Below are positions 30,464-44,115 of a DNA stretch of 64,000 nt, piece after piece. Source of the stretch: Octopus vulgaris. Lineage: Eukaryota. Made by a program: the position numbers and the translations under genes. The DNA is taken from NCBI GenBank assembly GCA_951406725.2, contig OX597817.1:85126001-85190000 (forward strand), written 5' to 3'. Position 1 is the stretch's first letter, and each line of letters opens with the position of its first letter. The notes beneath the pieces are model-generated. The model made no database searches. It was not told the origin of the DNA and was given only the letters and a program-made list of their open reading frames with translations.

Positions 30464-32340
30464 AATAGCAGAGATACCTGGCGTTGCCTGTGGCACATGG
30501 GATTGAAGAATTGGACTATTCTTTTGTATTTTCTCCAATGAACTGGAATACCTATAATTTGAATTTCATCAAAACTGGAAATTAAGAATTTTAATGGAGA
30601 TTCTTTCCCTCTTTACAGACCCTAACAAAAATTCTAATCATGACATATTTATCCCATACCACTCATCTTTATGCCCAGATTCCAAAATCCAAATCTTATA
30701 AAACCCATTAAAATGTGGGAGTTAAGGCCCATATTAAGGGAGTCTTAAAGTCAACCAGAGAAGTTGAATTGCTAGGAATCTTTTTTAATTGTGTCTTATA
30801 TCTATTGTTCAAATTTCTTTGAAATTGGAAATATATAAAGGTTCACTGGGTTTGTAAAAGAGGGCAACGCTAGAGGAAACCAAAAAGACCAATGATCACA
30901 ATAAGCAGTCAGCTACCCTACCCTTGTTGTTGCTACTCCCCAATGTAGGATTCCTCACCATACAGGTGACCGGCATAGCTGTAAGATGCATTATGGATCT
31001 ATAACAATAGGAAGGGCATGACCCAATTCAAATAAACATTAACAACTGTGTGACATGAGGGCTAAGGGGAAATGAAAGTGTCACCTCTGGAGTTTGCCAA
31101 TGATCACTGTGCCGATAGGTAACTGAACAGAATAAATTTGCAATCTTTTAATCTCTTTGAATGACCAATCACTTATCTGCAAAGGTCTTGAAATCAATGT
31201 TGCCATCTGACCCAGCAATAATAAAAAAAACTCAAAGGAGGTCTGCAACCAAATAACTTTACTCAAAATAACACTTTGCATCTGAATCAGTGGAGGCAAA
31301 GATGTCTCTCCTTTACTTGGCAATTTATGCACCACATTGCAGAAATCACAATCTAAGTATATCTCAGAGCAAACTCTTACACTGTTGTACCATTGAATTA
31401 CAAATAATGCTCATCTTGTATCCTCGGGTGACTCTACACCCTACAGCTTCCAAGACTATCATTGTATTTGTCTTGGCTCAGAAAAAAATGACTAGATTGT
31501 GAGGATTAAGCCCCTATTAAGAGGTCTTACTAACCTCCTAAGAAGTTGAAATTTTAGGAATATTACTTCATTTATGTCTAATATCTATTGTTAAAATTTC
31601 ATCAACAGCAAAAATATATGAATTTTCATTTACGCCCCCTCACTTTCAAACATACTGCATTACATCCACCCTTATGCATAGAATATAATTTCCAAATTTC
31701 ATAAAGATCCATTCAGTATTTTTTACCTTGTTTTGGATCATAAAAAATGATTAAAATTTGGGAATTTATGCCCCCATTAGGGGGTCTTAGGATCCTCATG
31801 AGAAGTGGAAATTTTGGGAATACTTCTTGATTTGTGTCGATTACCTATGGTTGAAATTTCATCAATATTGGAAATTTATGAGTTTTCATGGAGGGTTCTG
31901 CCCCCTTTAAACCCCCTTAAATTCAAACCAAGCGTATTGCATTATACCCGCCCTTATGCATTGAATCTAAATTCCAAATATCATAAGGATCCATTCAGTA
32001 ATTTTGGTCCATGAAAAATGACTAAAATTTGGGTGTTAAGCCCCCATTAGGGTGTCTTAGAATCATTCAAAGAAATGGAAATTTTGGGTATATTTTAAAA
32101 TTTATTTCTAGTACCCATGTTTCAAATTTCATCAAAATCCAAAGCATATGAATTTTCACAGGATGAGGGGTGGGGTCTGCCCCCCCCCCCATACTCCATC
32201 CAAATTGCATGAAACATATGGCATTACCCTTCTCACTAGGCTTGGATTTTGTGATCCAAATTTCATTAGGATTGGTCCAGTAGTTTTCAAGTCTATAAGT
32301 AACACACGGGCACACAGACATTGACTTTTATATAATATAT
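30464..32340 (-). mobile_element. Non-autonomous Helitron-like element with internal degenerate repeats
   Basis: Minus strand starts atatattatataaaagtcaatgtctgtgtg and ends in a GC hairpin caggcaacgccagg followed by a CTAG-like ctatt. An internal module taagccccattagggggtcttag..gaaattttggga recurs near 30720, 31505, 31765 and 32035. Confidence 0.6.
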
Positions 32341-32475
32341 ATATATATCAACAGTATTTTCATGTCCATTTTTTCATGCTTGCATGCTTTACATGGAAGA
32401 CTGGAAAAGGAACATCATTAGTATGACAGTGATGCTCATTTACGACTCTCTTGCAATGTTAAGACAAAGAAATAC

Positions 32476-32520
<45 letters not shown>

Positions 32521-34508
32521 AACAAACACATTCATAGAAGACACTTGCACAATGTGCTATGCTGTGGGATTGAACCTGAAAATATGTGGCTGGGAAGTAA
32601 TCCTCTCAACCACACAGCAATGCCTGCACCTATAACAATATTTCTATATTTCCTTTAAGAATATATATATATATATATATATATTTGGCTCTTTTTCTGA
32701 TTTGTGTGACATCACTAGAAACATTATCATTGTCTGAGAAACTCTTACTTAAATTTTATTTATTGCCTTTTGGCAACCAGTAGGCTTCATCCTCATTTTA
32801 TAGCTCACTGCTAGCCTTGAAGATGGTCCAATACACAATCAGTAAACTGAATAAATAAATAGAAAATATCAGTAGATTCAAGCAGTTATTTTGTTTGGTG
32901 GAGTAGTATGAGCTGTGTGCAGTACAGGGTAACCACTTTATATACAAATATTTGCTGCAGCTGAAGGTATGTTTACACTTAAGGAAGTGGGGCAGCAATT
33001 TAGCTACTGTGCAGTGCAATCAAATCACATACTATACCCCTGATTTTGTTTATAAATTGTATTGCTATAGATTATATTAAGCCAAGGTCATCCAGCTACA
33101 CCATCAGGCCAATGTCCTATTGGGCATGGCACCAGCATTGGTTTGTTAAGTACAGTATAACTGAAACTTGGCTACAGAACACATGTTCTTAATTCTGTTA
33201 TTTTTATTTTTCACTTTTCCCCTTTTTATTCTTATTGTTAAAATAGAACTTTGAATTTCAAGTTCAAATGGTAACTGCCATCCTCAAGAAGAAACACAAA
33301 AAAAGCAATATTTAAGCTGCTTACTAATAACTTTTCTGCAACAGAATGGTTACTTTTTGGTGCTCTTAAATTTTTCGGTTTGAGAGAATTCAATTCATGA
33401 AATAAAATCTGAAATGCCTGTATTCATGTAATATTATAAGTCATTTTGTGACTATCTAGGAATATTCCTCTGTCAGTTGCAAAAGACTAGCTTGTTACTG
33501 AACAACCACACAACCAACTTTCTTAATTGAAGGTTCATCTATGTTGTTGCTTAGCTCAACATCAACCCTGATGTGGTAAAGAATTTTTTAAGGAGAATTT
33601 TATCATCATTTAGCTGATGTTTTAACATAGATCAACATGAGATTTTCATGGGAAGTTTTAATTAAGATAATTTTAAAACAGGGAATTTGTATTATAGAAC
33701 TAAGAGTATGTGTGTCACAATTTCTTGTTACCATTTTTTAACCATTAACCCTCTTCTCACCTATTTCTACCTTTGTTTTCATTCACTTTGATGATAATGA
33801 AGAATTTAGTAAAATGACTTTGACATTATTAATCTGGTGTTTGGGACATAAATTCACTGGAAGATAGAAGGTTTTGGTTTAGATTACTTTAACCCATTGG
33901 CAGTCAGATTACTCAGTGAAATGTAATGTTTATTGACTCACATTGTCTTGAGTTATCTTCTAGCTTCAATATTTCAATAATATAATTGTTTAGTTTCAGA
34001 ATGACATTGTAAGATAGGTGTGACTGACTGGATCTGGTCTGTTTGAACATCTAGCAAGACATGCTACCACTATTTTGTTGTGGTGGCATAGCATGGTCGT
34101 GCTATGCCCAAAACATCCAACCACTGCTGGTCAAGAAGGATACATGTGACCCAGTGGTGAAGTGCAAGTTTTGAAAGACAATAATCAGTTCCTGAGAAGA
34201 TATCGAGATGTAAACACATCAGTTGTTAGTCCAGACGACAAAACGTTGCTGAATTAACGCTGATCAGAAAACAACATTCATACAACTATGGGATTTCTAC
34301 CTTGCCTCACAACCACTGTAAATCTCATTGGGTATTTTAGATTTGCAGCCAAGTACCACTCACAAGGCTTTGGTCAGCCTGAGGCTATAGTAGAAGACAC
34401 TTGCCCATAGTGCCACACAGTGGAACTGGACCCAGAACCATGTGCTTGGGAAGCAAGCTTCTTACCACACAGCCACGCCTGTGCCTAGTATATATGTATA
34501 TATAAGTA

Positions 34509-34564
<56 letters not shown>

Positions 34565-34629
34565 GTATATATATAAATAAAGTATATATATATATAAAGT
34601 ATATATATATAAAGTATATATATATATAG

Positions 34630-34660
<31 letters not shown>

Positions 34661-34686
34661 ATATAAAGTATATATATATATATATA

Positions 34687-34988
34687 TCACCGTGACCGAC
34701 CAGGCTATCACATGTTACTACACATCGCTGATCACAATGCACTTCGCATTGTTTTTTAGCCTTCAAATGACGCCACCCCATAGGCTAAGTGAGCAGGCCA
34801 ATAGAAGAAAGAGTGAGAGAAAGTTGTGGCAAAAGAGTACAGCAGGGATTGCCACCACCTCCTGCCGGAGCCGTGTGGAGCTTTGGGTGTTTTTGCTCAA
34901 TAAGCACTCATAACGCCCAGTCTGGGAATCGAAACTGCAATCCTACAACTGTGAGTCCGCTGCCCTAACCACTGACCCATTGCGCTTC

Positions 34989-34991
<3 letters not shown>
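34687..34991 (-). mobile_element. tRNA-derived SINE family B
   Basis: Reverse complement of 63640-63951; A/B-box-like tggttag..gtttcgattccc. Confidence 0.85.
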
Positions 34992-35037
<46 letters not shown>

Positions 35038-35970
35038 TTGTGTGTGTGAAACTGATAAACTAAATACAGTGTATGATAAAAATTTGCAGATTTATTTTGA
35101 TTAAAATACCAGCAACTTCAGAGCAAACCTTTTACTACAGTTTGCCTGCATTTAGCATCTCTGACTGTCACTCACTCTCTGTTTATTGTTTCCATCTACC
35201 AGTGTGACTGACAGGACAGACATTATATGTAAGATTTATACATAGGTGCAGGCATGGCTCTTACTTCCCAACCATGTGGTTTACCTTAGGTAAATATTTT
35301 CCACTATAACCCCAGGTCAACAAAAGCCTTATGAGTGGATCTGTTAGGCAGAAACTAAAAAAGGAAGCAATGACTGTGGTGGAAGCTGCAGCTGTAGTAG
35401 TTTTGTAGATGATGATGATGATGGATAGTGGTGGTGGTGATGACAATAGTGATGGTGGTGGTGATAGTGGTGGTTGTGATGATGATGATGTTAATGGTAA
35501 TGATGAAAAGATTAGAATTAGGAGTGAAACTTCAAGTCGACATTTATTAGACATTGATGAATGTGAACATAAATTATATGCAACTTTTGTTTTGTTGAGT
35601 TGTTTTATTATAAGTCTTTTTTTTTCCTCTTTACATTAAAAATTGTGCTACAAACTAACTTACAACCCTGAAGAGTTTTAGTAATGGCTGCTAGCATTAA
35701 GAAATATAAGATCTGATAGTATTGATTAAGTATGAACTTTTGCAGCACTTTACCACCATATTCCAAGTAATTGCCAAAGAGAAAAAGTGAAGACAAACCT
35801 CACATAGAAGCTGCATTATGATTCCATGAGTCTGCTTTTTTTGCTTTTTTTAGCTGTTTGCTTCAGTCTTTTCAACAGGGTTATGTTGACATACATGATT
35901 CTTGAGTCCAGCTTGAGAGAGAGGCAAATATATAGACTTCATGCATACATACATCCATACATACATACAA

Positions 35971-36003
<33 letters not shown>

Positions 36004-36157
36004 TGTATGTATGTATGTATGTATGCATGCATGCATGCATGCATGCATGCAAGCATGCATGTATGAATGTACATATATATGTATGTATATATGTATGTGT
36101 ATCTATATATATATGTATGTCTGTACATATATATATATAACTACGTATATAAATATA

Positions 36158-36211
<54 letters not shown>

Positions 36212-36936
36212 TGTATACATATATACACACTTATACATACATGCATGCATACACACACACACTCTCTCTCTCTCTCTCTCTTTCACATATGTATTCTTAA
36301 AATCTGAGGAAGCTGCGTTAGTGGAGGTATCAGTTTCAGAAAACTCTGCAGTATTGATGGAAAAAGAAGCCGGCAATTGATCATTAATTCATACAGCATT
36401 GATACTGGCAAGTACAGAGACAAAGTTGCAAAGAACAGATAAATGTCTAGATACTGGGATCAATTGCAAAGAACAGATAAATGTCTAGAGTGGACAGACT
36501 TAGGGATTTACTTTTTCACTGGCTTCAATCATTGGACTGCAGCCATACTAGAGCACTGCCTTGTCGGGTTAGTTGAACAAATCTACCCAAGTACATATTT
36601 TTATCACTGTTACATATTTTTTTAGCCTCTTCTGCAGTTCTACTAAGTTATGGGGATGTAAACAAACTAATACAGGCTGTCAAACAGTATGGGGACAAAA
36701 GAGAAAGACATACAACCACACAAATATATATATATATGTATATATATATGTAAATGTATATATTTAAAGGCACAGGCATGGCTGTGTGGTAAAAAGCTTG
36801 CTTCCTAACCACATGGTTCCAGGTTCAGTCCCAAAGTGTGACACCTTAGGTAAGTGACTTCTACCATAGCCTCGGGCCAACCAAATCCTTGTGAGTGGAT
36901 TTGGTAAACAGAAACTAAAAGAAGCCCCTCGTATAC

Positions 36937-36992
<56 letters not shown>

Positions 36993-36998
<6 letters not shown>

Positions 36999-37352
36999 TT
37001 AGATTGTATGGTTTACATTAGGATCAATACATGTATTTTGTTTAACATTTGTTTAATTATATACACACACATGGATGTTTGTACCTTTTATCTTCTATCT
37101 TTTAATTGTTTTAGTCATTAGACTGCGGCCATGCTGGGGCATCACCTTGAAGAGATTTTAGTCAAAAAAATTGATCCCAGTACTTATTTTTTGTTAAGCC
37201 TGGTACTTATTCTATCGGTCACTTTTTGCCAAACTGCTAAGTTATGGGGCCATAAACACACCAACACCAGTTGTCAAGCGGTGATGGGGGACAAACACAG
37301 ACATGAAGACACAAACACATAGATATACTATATATATATATATATATATATC

Positions 37353-37383
<31 letters not shown>

Positions 37384-37713
37384 CTATGTGTTTGTGTCTT
37401 CATGTCTGTGTTTGTCCCCCATCACCGCTTGACAACTGGTGTTGGTGTGTTTATGGCCCCATAACTTAGCAGTTTGGCAAAAAGTGACCGATAGAATAAG
37501 TACCAGGCTTAACAAAAAATAAGTACTGGGATCAATTTTTTTGACTAAAATCTCTTCAAGGTGATGCCCCAGCATGGCCGCAGTCTAATGACTAAAACAA
37601 TTAAAAGATAGAAGATAAAAGGTACAAACATCCATGTGTGTGTATATAATTAAACAAATGTTAAACAAAATACATGTATTGATCCTAATGTAAACCATAC
37701 AATCTAAATATAC
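36993..37713. repeat. Perfect inverted duplication, 336-bp arms around a 49-bp (TA)n spacer
   Basis: Arms are 36993-37328 and 37378-37713; the ORF track shows identical 63-aa ORFs on opposite strands. Confidence 0.95.
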
Positions 37714-38427
37714 TCAGTGCCTGTAATCCTTTAAAGACAAAAGCTATTTCCTATGTCTTAGGAAAACTGTAAATATTATTTTCTCTTTGTTTCATTTAGC
37801 ATTCCCACTGCCCAAAGGGTCTGTAATTCATTAAGTTCATAGGCTGGCATTGTGATATACTCCTGGTCAAGAATATTAATTAACTATTGTTGACTCTAGT
37901 TCCTAGCTGAATAATTGTTGTTATAGAAATGTATCGCCTAGAGGTAGAAACGTTAGAAGCTATAAGAATAATTGATGTGTGTTTCATTAACTTGAAGTAT
38001 TAAGCTCCTTTTTAACTAGAGTTCTCTGTTTGAAGTAATTAGTATTAATCACCCACTGATGGATGCATCTGATTAGAAAACATTGTTATTGAATCTAATC
38101 ATCACATTTGAATAGAACAAATATTGACTAATTGATTCCTGCTTCCAGAAAATTCTTTTGCTTATCTGAAAATAAATGTAATCTATAAAAAACACAATGG
38201 AGGCTTTGGCACCTTGTTTATCATAAAGAAATAAAGAAGTATTGCTTTTATATCAGGAAAAAAAAAAAGAATCTTTATGGATTCCTATCCATTCATCCAC
38301 ACACTAGCCCACCCATCCATCCATCCATACATACATACAAGATATATGCATACATTTATGCATAATATATTCTTGTACTAGTTTTTGTCATTTGCCTGTG
38401 GCCATGCACAATATGTATATGTATATA

Positions 38428-38642
38428 TTGGGTTGTCTGGAAAGTTTGTGCCGAATTTTAAAGGAAAGAAAAAGGTCAATAAATATTTGCCATTACATTT
38501 TTAATCAACCAAATATGAACCATTTTGTTGCACAATCTTTCCTTTAACTTGCAAATACCTTCTTCCCAGAACTGAGGTGCCTGGGAGGGTAAGTCAAAAG
38601 GTAAGCTACTATAAATCGGCACAAATTTTCCGGACAACCCAA
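38428..38642. mobile_element. Tc1/mariner-type MITE, about 215 bp
   Basis: TIRs ttgggttgtctggaaagtttgtgccga / tcggcacaaattttccggacaacccaa. Confidence 0.8.
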
Positions 38643-39245
38643 AACATATTACTGTAGCTATGCACACAAAATTGTAATGTATGAAGGGACCAAGGCCTCC
38701 ATAAGTCACACAACAAGCTATTATTTAGAAAAGAGATAGCTCTGAGGTTGAGGGAACATTTTAGTCTAACTGCTGACAACCCTTCTAGTGACAGATCTTG
38801 GTAAAATGTCCCTAGTACATCTTGTACATTATATGAAACAACTGAATTGACCCATTTTTATTTGTTGTTACGTGCCAGATGACAAAGGACTGTGGTTGAA
38901 GGTGAAACAAATGCAGCACGAACATATAAAACACATATAAAATGATGATTGTGATGATGATACACATACACACACATGTTCTCAAGCAAGAATTATACTA
39001 CTATTTGTTTCCATGTATGCTTGCATGTGTGTAGTTTCTATGCATGTTTATGATTTGTGGTGTGTGGTGGTAGTCAATTTTGTTGCCTTTAAGTTTACTT
39101 CAATCTTATTTGATTCTAATTCATATATTACTTTGGTGCATGTGGATAATGGCTGTAAAAGTTTTATTTTACTCATTCTATTTCTTGTATGCATACTGTT
39201 TCTGTAACCAATCAAACTGTCGGATCTTTTGAATGTGTTTATATT

Positions 39246-39448
39246 CTCTTTAACTTGTTTCAGTCATTGAAGGGTGGCCATGCCAGGGCACCACCTTGAA
39301 GGGTTTTAATTGGATAATTGAACCCACTATTTAATTTTTTTAAAGCCTGGTACTTATTCTATCAGTCTCTTATGCCAAACCACTAAGTTATAGGGATGTA
39401 AACAAGCCAACACTGGTTGTCAAGAAGTAGTGAGATGCACACACACAC

Positions 39449-39512
<64 letters not shown>

Positions 39513-39630
39513 CAGGCTCCTTTCAGTTTCCGTCTACCACATCCACTCATATGGCGCTGGACTCTTGCCCAAGGTGTCATGCAGTGAGGCTGAACCCTGT
39601 GGTTGGGAAGCATACTTTTTACCACATGGT
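39246..39630 (-). mobile_element. SINE family A with an internal deletion
   Basis: Matches 786-1170. Confidence 0.75.
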
Positions 39631-39899
39631 CATGGTCCGCAATGTTAATCAGGTTCTTGAGGGAGTAACAGTAGCATACTAATCCTCATTGAGTCTGAGA
39701 AGAAGCAGGCATGGAGATGCTACTATTAGATGTTGCTGAGCGAGAAAAATACATGGGAGAGAGAATGATTACCATAAGTAGACCCAACATAGGAACCAAC
39801 TTTTGAGTGCTATACTGCTGAAAGTGCAATTAAAGTTACAGATGTAGTAAATAAAAGTTGGCCTATCAGGATTGTTAGTTTAGTTGCTAAAAATATTTA

Positions 39900-40680
39900 A
39901 TGAAAAAGGACATGTGGTAGGTACTCACATAGTTAGTCAGGTAATACAAGGAGGTGTGAGGACAATGACAAGGATATTGCTTATTCCATGACTAGAATAA
40001 GTAATATCCATGTCACTGCTACAAGAGTAAATATGTTCTCAAAGAAGCAATCACAGAGGTATCATTTTTGATATATCACGTGATAAAACTAGTAAGAGTA
40101 ATAATAGTACAACTAAATGGAAAGAAATCTACCTTAGAAAGCATTCCACTGATGTCCTCTTCTTAATAAAACAACTATAAGAGTTCTTAGCAAAAACAAA
40201 AGCCACTATACTTAATGTCCATTGACCTGGAGAAGTCTTTTGGCCAGGTTCTACAATCTATAGTTTGGTTATTACTAATTATTACTAAGAAAATAACAAG
40301 GCGTCCACAGGAGTAATGTCAACAATGTGAGGGTTAGCAATGAATTCAACAAGAAATTTAGCTTGCTGCTATGTATCTATAAGGACATGATTCTCAGTCT
40401 TCTGTTAAAGTTTGCCAAGACACAATAGAGGGGCTCAAAATTGGCTGTTCATGGAAACGCCTGTATATCGATAACCAAATTCTCATTACTGCATCAGTTA
40501 AAGAATTAGAGGAACACTCCCAGAAATGGAATGAGCGCTTAGAAGCAAGAGCTATAAAAGTAAACCTTGTGAAGATAAAAAGCTCAGAAAGAAAAAATAT
40601 TGAACTTTACTGCCTATCTTGTTGCTTGATTGAGAGAAAAGGTGATATAGAATTATGTAGTGTACCTAATCTAAGTCATA
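39900..40680 (+). mobile_element. Highly decayed RTE RT fossil
   Basis: Residual gacctggagaagtcttttggccaggtt (DLEKAFDRV-like) and ggctgttcatggaaacgcctgtat (GCPWELLY-like). Confidence 0.55.
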
Positions 40681-41094
40681 GATGCTCAAATTATGAGAAC
40701 AAGACTTTACTGAATATACTATGCTTTTGTTTAATTTTTTAGCACTTGCACCATTTCTTTGATGTAATCGCTAGAGGCAGAGAAAACTGTACCAGCACTT
40801 GGCTAGAACAAATTTCAGATGAATAGATTCAAGCAATGAGAAATAAAGTGTCATACCCAGAGGCACAATACACTGTTCTGTCCAAGAACTGATCCCAAAA
40901 CCTTATGATTTGTAAACTGAATACCATACCTATTAGGCCACAAACATGCACACACACACACATACACACATGCACACACACACATACACGCACGCACACA
41001 CACATACACATGCACATACATGTAAGTATATATATGTGTGTGTGTGTGTGCATGTGTGTATAACTATGTATCTGTGTGTGTGTAGAGGCATGTA

Positions 41095-41125
<31 letters not shown>

Positions 41126-41534
41126 GGATAAATAGAAAGATAGTTATGTAGGCATTGATAGGCACAAATATAGCTGAATGGTTGAGAAGTTTGCTGTATA
41201 AAACCCATTATACATACCATATACATACATACATACATACATATATATATATTGTGTGTGTGTGTGTGTGCGTATGTATATTTCAAAACTGTACAAATTT
41301 CCGACTTATCCATCTCTTAGCAAAAAATGATTTATAAATCCTTTGTAAAGTGCAAAATGAGTTAGAATAAAGAAATAGATGTGTTAGCTTCCTTACAAAA
41401 AAACAAAGATTGTCAAAATGTAAAAATAATGCAAAATGAGCAGCTGTCAAAGTTTACCATATACCTTACTACAAATTCATACTTGACGACCTAATATATG
41501 TATGTATGTACGTATGTATGTATGTATATGTATG

Positions 41535-41573
<39 letters not shown>

Positions 41574-41723
41574 ATGTGTGTATGTATGTATATATATATA
41601 TATATGTGTGTGTGTGTATATATATATGATATATATATATGTGTGTATGTACATATATATGATGATATATATACATATATATATGTATATGTATCTATGT
41701 ATGTATATATGTATGTATATATG

Positions 41724-41761
<38 letters not shown>

Positions 41762-43249
41762 CATACATATATCATCATCATCGTTTAGCGTCCGCTTTCC
41801 ATGCTAGCATGGGTTGGACATATATACATATATATATATATATGCATACATACACAGACACATGTAGATATGCATTTATGCATGTATAATTTTTGGGTGG
41901 CAGTGATGAGAAAATGGTTTCATTTGAATACTTTGACACAATATATGTATTGTGTAACAATGAAGATATTTAGTGTTATTGTTTTGTTGAGTTCATTTAC
42001 ATTTTACATTATTCACCATTAAAGTGAACATTATGTTATAACTCAAGGATACACGATTAGCCTGCACATATGCAGCAATGTTGTGTGTATGTATTATTAC
42101 ATTTATAAGATATAACTTTTAAGGGTTTTCATATAGAAATCCAACAAAATAACCCTTCTTTGTAACTCATCCATCTTGATGATACCTTTTAAACATTTAC
42201 TAATTAACTCTTTTTACTATGTTAGATTTCTGACATTTAAAGAAGTGAAATATTTTTTGAAGCTATTAATTTCATTTTAATTATCATGATCATTATTTCT
42301 AAATTATTTTCCTGCTTTGTATTTATGTTTTGGCAGTTCTTTGAAACAATTACTCTGTTACTAACAACACACAATAGTTGCCTTTGGCTGCTGTTTATTG
42401 CACTTTATCTGCTGTAAATATTTTCTTTTATGAAATTGTTAATTTTTTTTTCTTTGCAATTCAATTTCTTTTGAATGTTTTAAAATTTGTAATGTCAAAG
42501 TATGTTGTATAGCAAGCCAAAACTGTTCCTTTTTTTCCCTTACTCACTCATTTATTTTCCTTTTATTAGTGCACTACTGATAACAGGTGTATGAGCTGAT
42601 AGAGTATGAATCAAAAAGTATCTGGTCAGTACTCTGCAGTGACAGAAAATTTCTGATTCAGGTCATGAGAGATGGTTGGGGCTTAAGTGAAAGCAACATA
42701 ACTAAGATATCTTATTATAGATAGTGAAAAAGATTTTGTTGATATTTAGTACAAGAATATAGTTTTCATGGACATTTTTTAAAGAGATTAAACCATTAGT
42801 TTTGGTGGTGAGGCTTCATATGTGAGCTATTTGTTGGTGGTGTTGTTTAGCTCAGACCAGCCTTGATTCAGAAGGTCTATGAATAAAAAGCAAGCAGTGA
42901 CCACTCCATTTTTGGTAGTACTATATAATCTTATATGTTGCATAATTATAATTATGATGATGAGATGTGTTATGAGAGAGAGAGAGAAAGGTAGAGATTA
43001 GGCTGATATTTCTAGTAAATTGAACAACCATATAGAAGTTTCTTCATTAACTGGCTTTATGGAAACAAAATTTTTTACTATTAAGGAGAGCAAGAAGTTC
43101 AAATTGATAAAGTGGCAATTGTTAACCATTTCTTTACCTTTGATAGTGAGACTGATAGATCAATAGCTAGTAGGGTGAGAGAGCTATAACACTTTTGTGT
43201 GTGTAGAAACACTGGAGTGTATTTTTTGGTAGTAACAGTGCAAGTGATG

Positions 43250-43860
43250 TATTAACAGCATTATTCACTTTTCACAATTCCAAAGAAGTTTTTTCTTTCA
43301 CTCAATCTGTTAAAGTCAATTGTTTGATCAGTTTAGTAATAATGATTCCAGTATTGCTTTTACCAAAGTTCTTTATGGTGAAAAACCATTGATACATGAC
43401 ATAACTTTGGCTCTGTAGAAACCTATATTGGTGGTCAGTGAGAAGAGACAATGATGCATGGCAATGAAGGAGGTATCTATTTACTACTGTCTCCACTATT
43501 GAAATAAAGGAAATATATCAATAATTGGCTGGGCATGGCAGGGTGCAAGGAGTGGTTCTTAGAAAGAATGGAATATGATGATAGAGGAAAATTGAAGCAT
43601 TTGGCAAGAATAGGAACTACTTCTGGGGTTTAATCTTTTAGGATGATTGAAGTGTTCTGAGACTGGTCATCATGGTAGGTTGGAGCAAATGAAAAAGTTT
43701 TCACTTTTGGTTCCTCCACGTGCTTGGTGAAAAAGGTCAAGAAAAAGAACTTGGGAATAATTTTGCTGTGTTTTTTGGGGTTGGGTAGTAGGAGTATGGA
43801 GCTGGAAATGAAACACATAGAAAACGTGATGGCTTCATAATTGTGAATGTTATTTTCATA
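43250..43860 (-). mobile_element. Decayed non-LTR RT fossil (CR1/Jockey-like)
   Basis: LLTDHQYRFLQSQS resembles the LxDxQYGFR motif; boundaries are uncertain. Confidence 0.4.
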
Positions 43861-43863
43861 TGA

Positions 43864-44115
43864 TGTGGAGGCAAATGGCTTAGTGGTTAGGGTGTCAGCA
43901 TCATGATCGTAAGATTGTGGTTTCGATTCCTGGACTGGGCGATGCGTTGTGTTCTTGAGCAAAACACTTCATTTCATGTTGCTCCAGTCCACTCAGCTGG
44001 TAAAAATGAGTAACGCTGCGATGGACTGGGATCCTGTCCAGCTAGGGAACACATACACCATAGAAACCAGGAAACCAGGCCCATGAGCCTGGCTAGGCTT
44101 TAAAAGGGCACATTT
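43864..44115 (+). mobile_element. tRNA-derived SINE family C
   Basis: tggcttagtggttagg (A box), ggtttcgattcc (B box), cttgagcaaaacactt. Related pieces at about 52045-52180 (-) and 60517-60620 (+). Confidence 0.8.

Noticed and set aside
35409-35639. Asp/Gly-rich ORF (and the poly-His ORF at 57142-57324)
   Set aside because: These derive from (GAT)n/(GGT)n and (CAT)n/(CAC)n trinucleotide repeats, with no splice or homology support.
43864-43940. Functional tRNA genes at SINE heads
   Set aside because: A and B boxes are present, but the sequences continue into SINE bodies and lack a clean cloverleaf.
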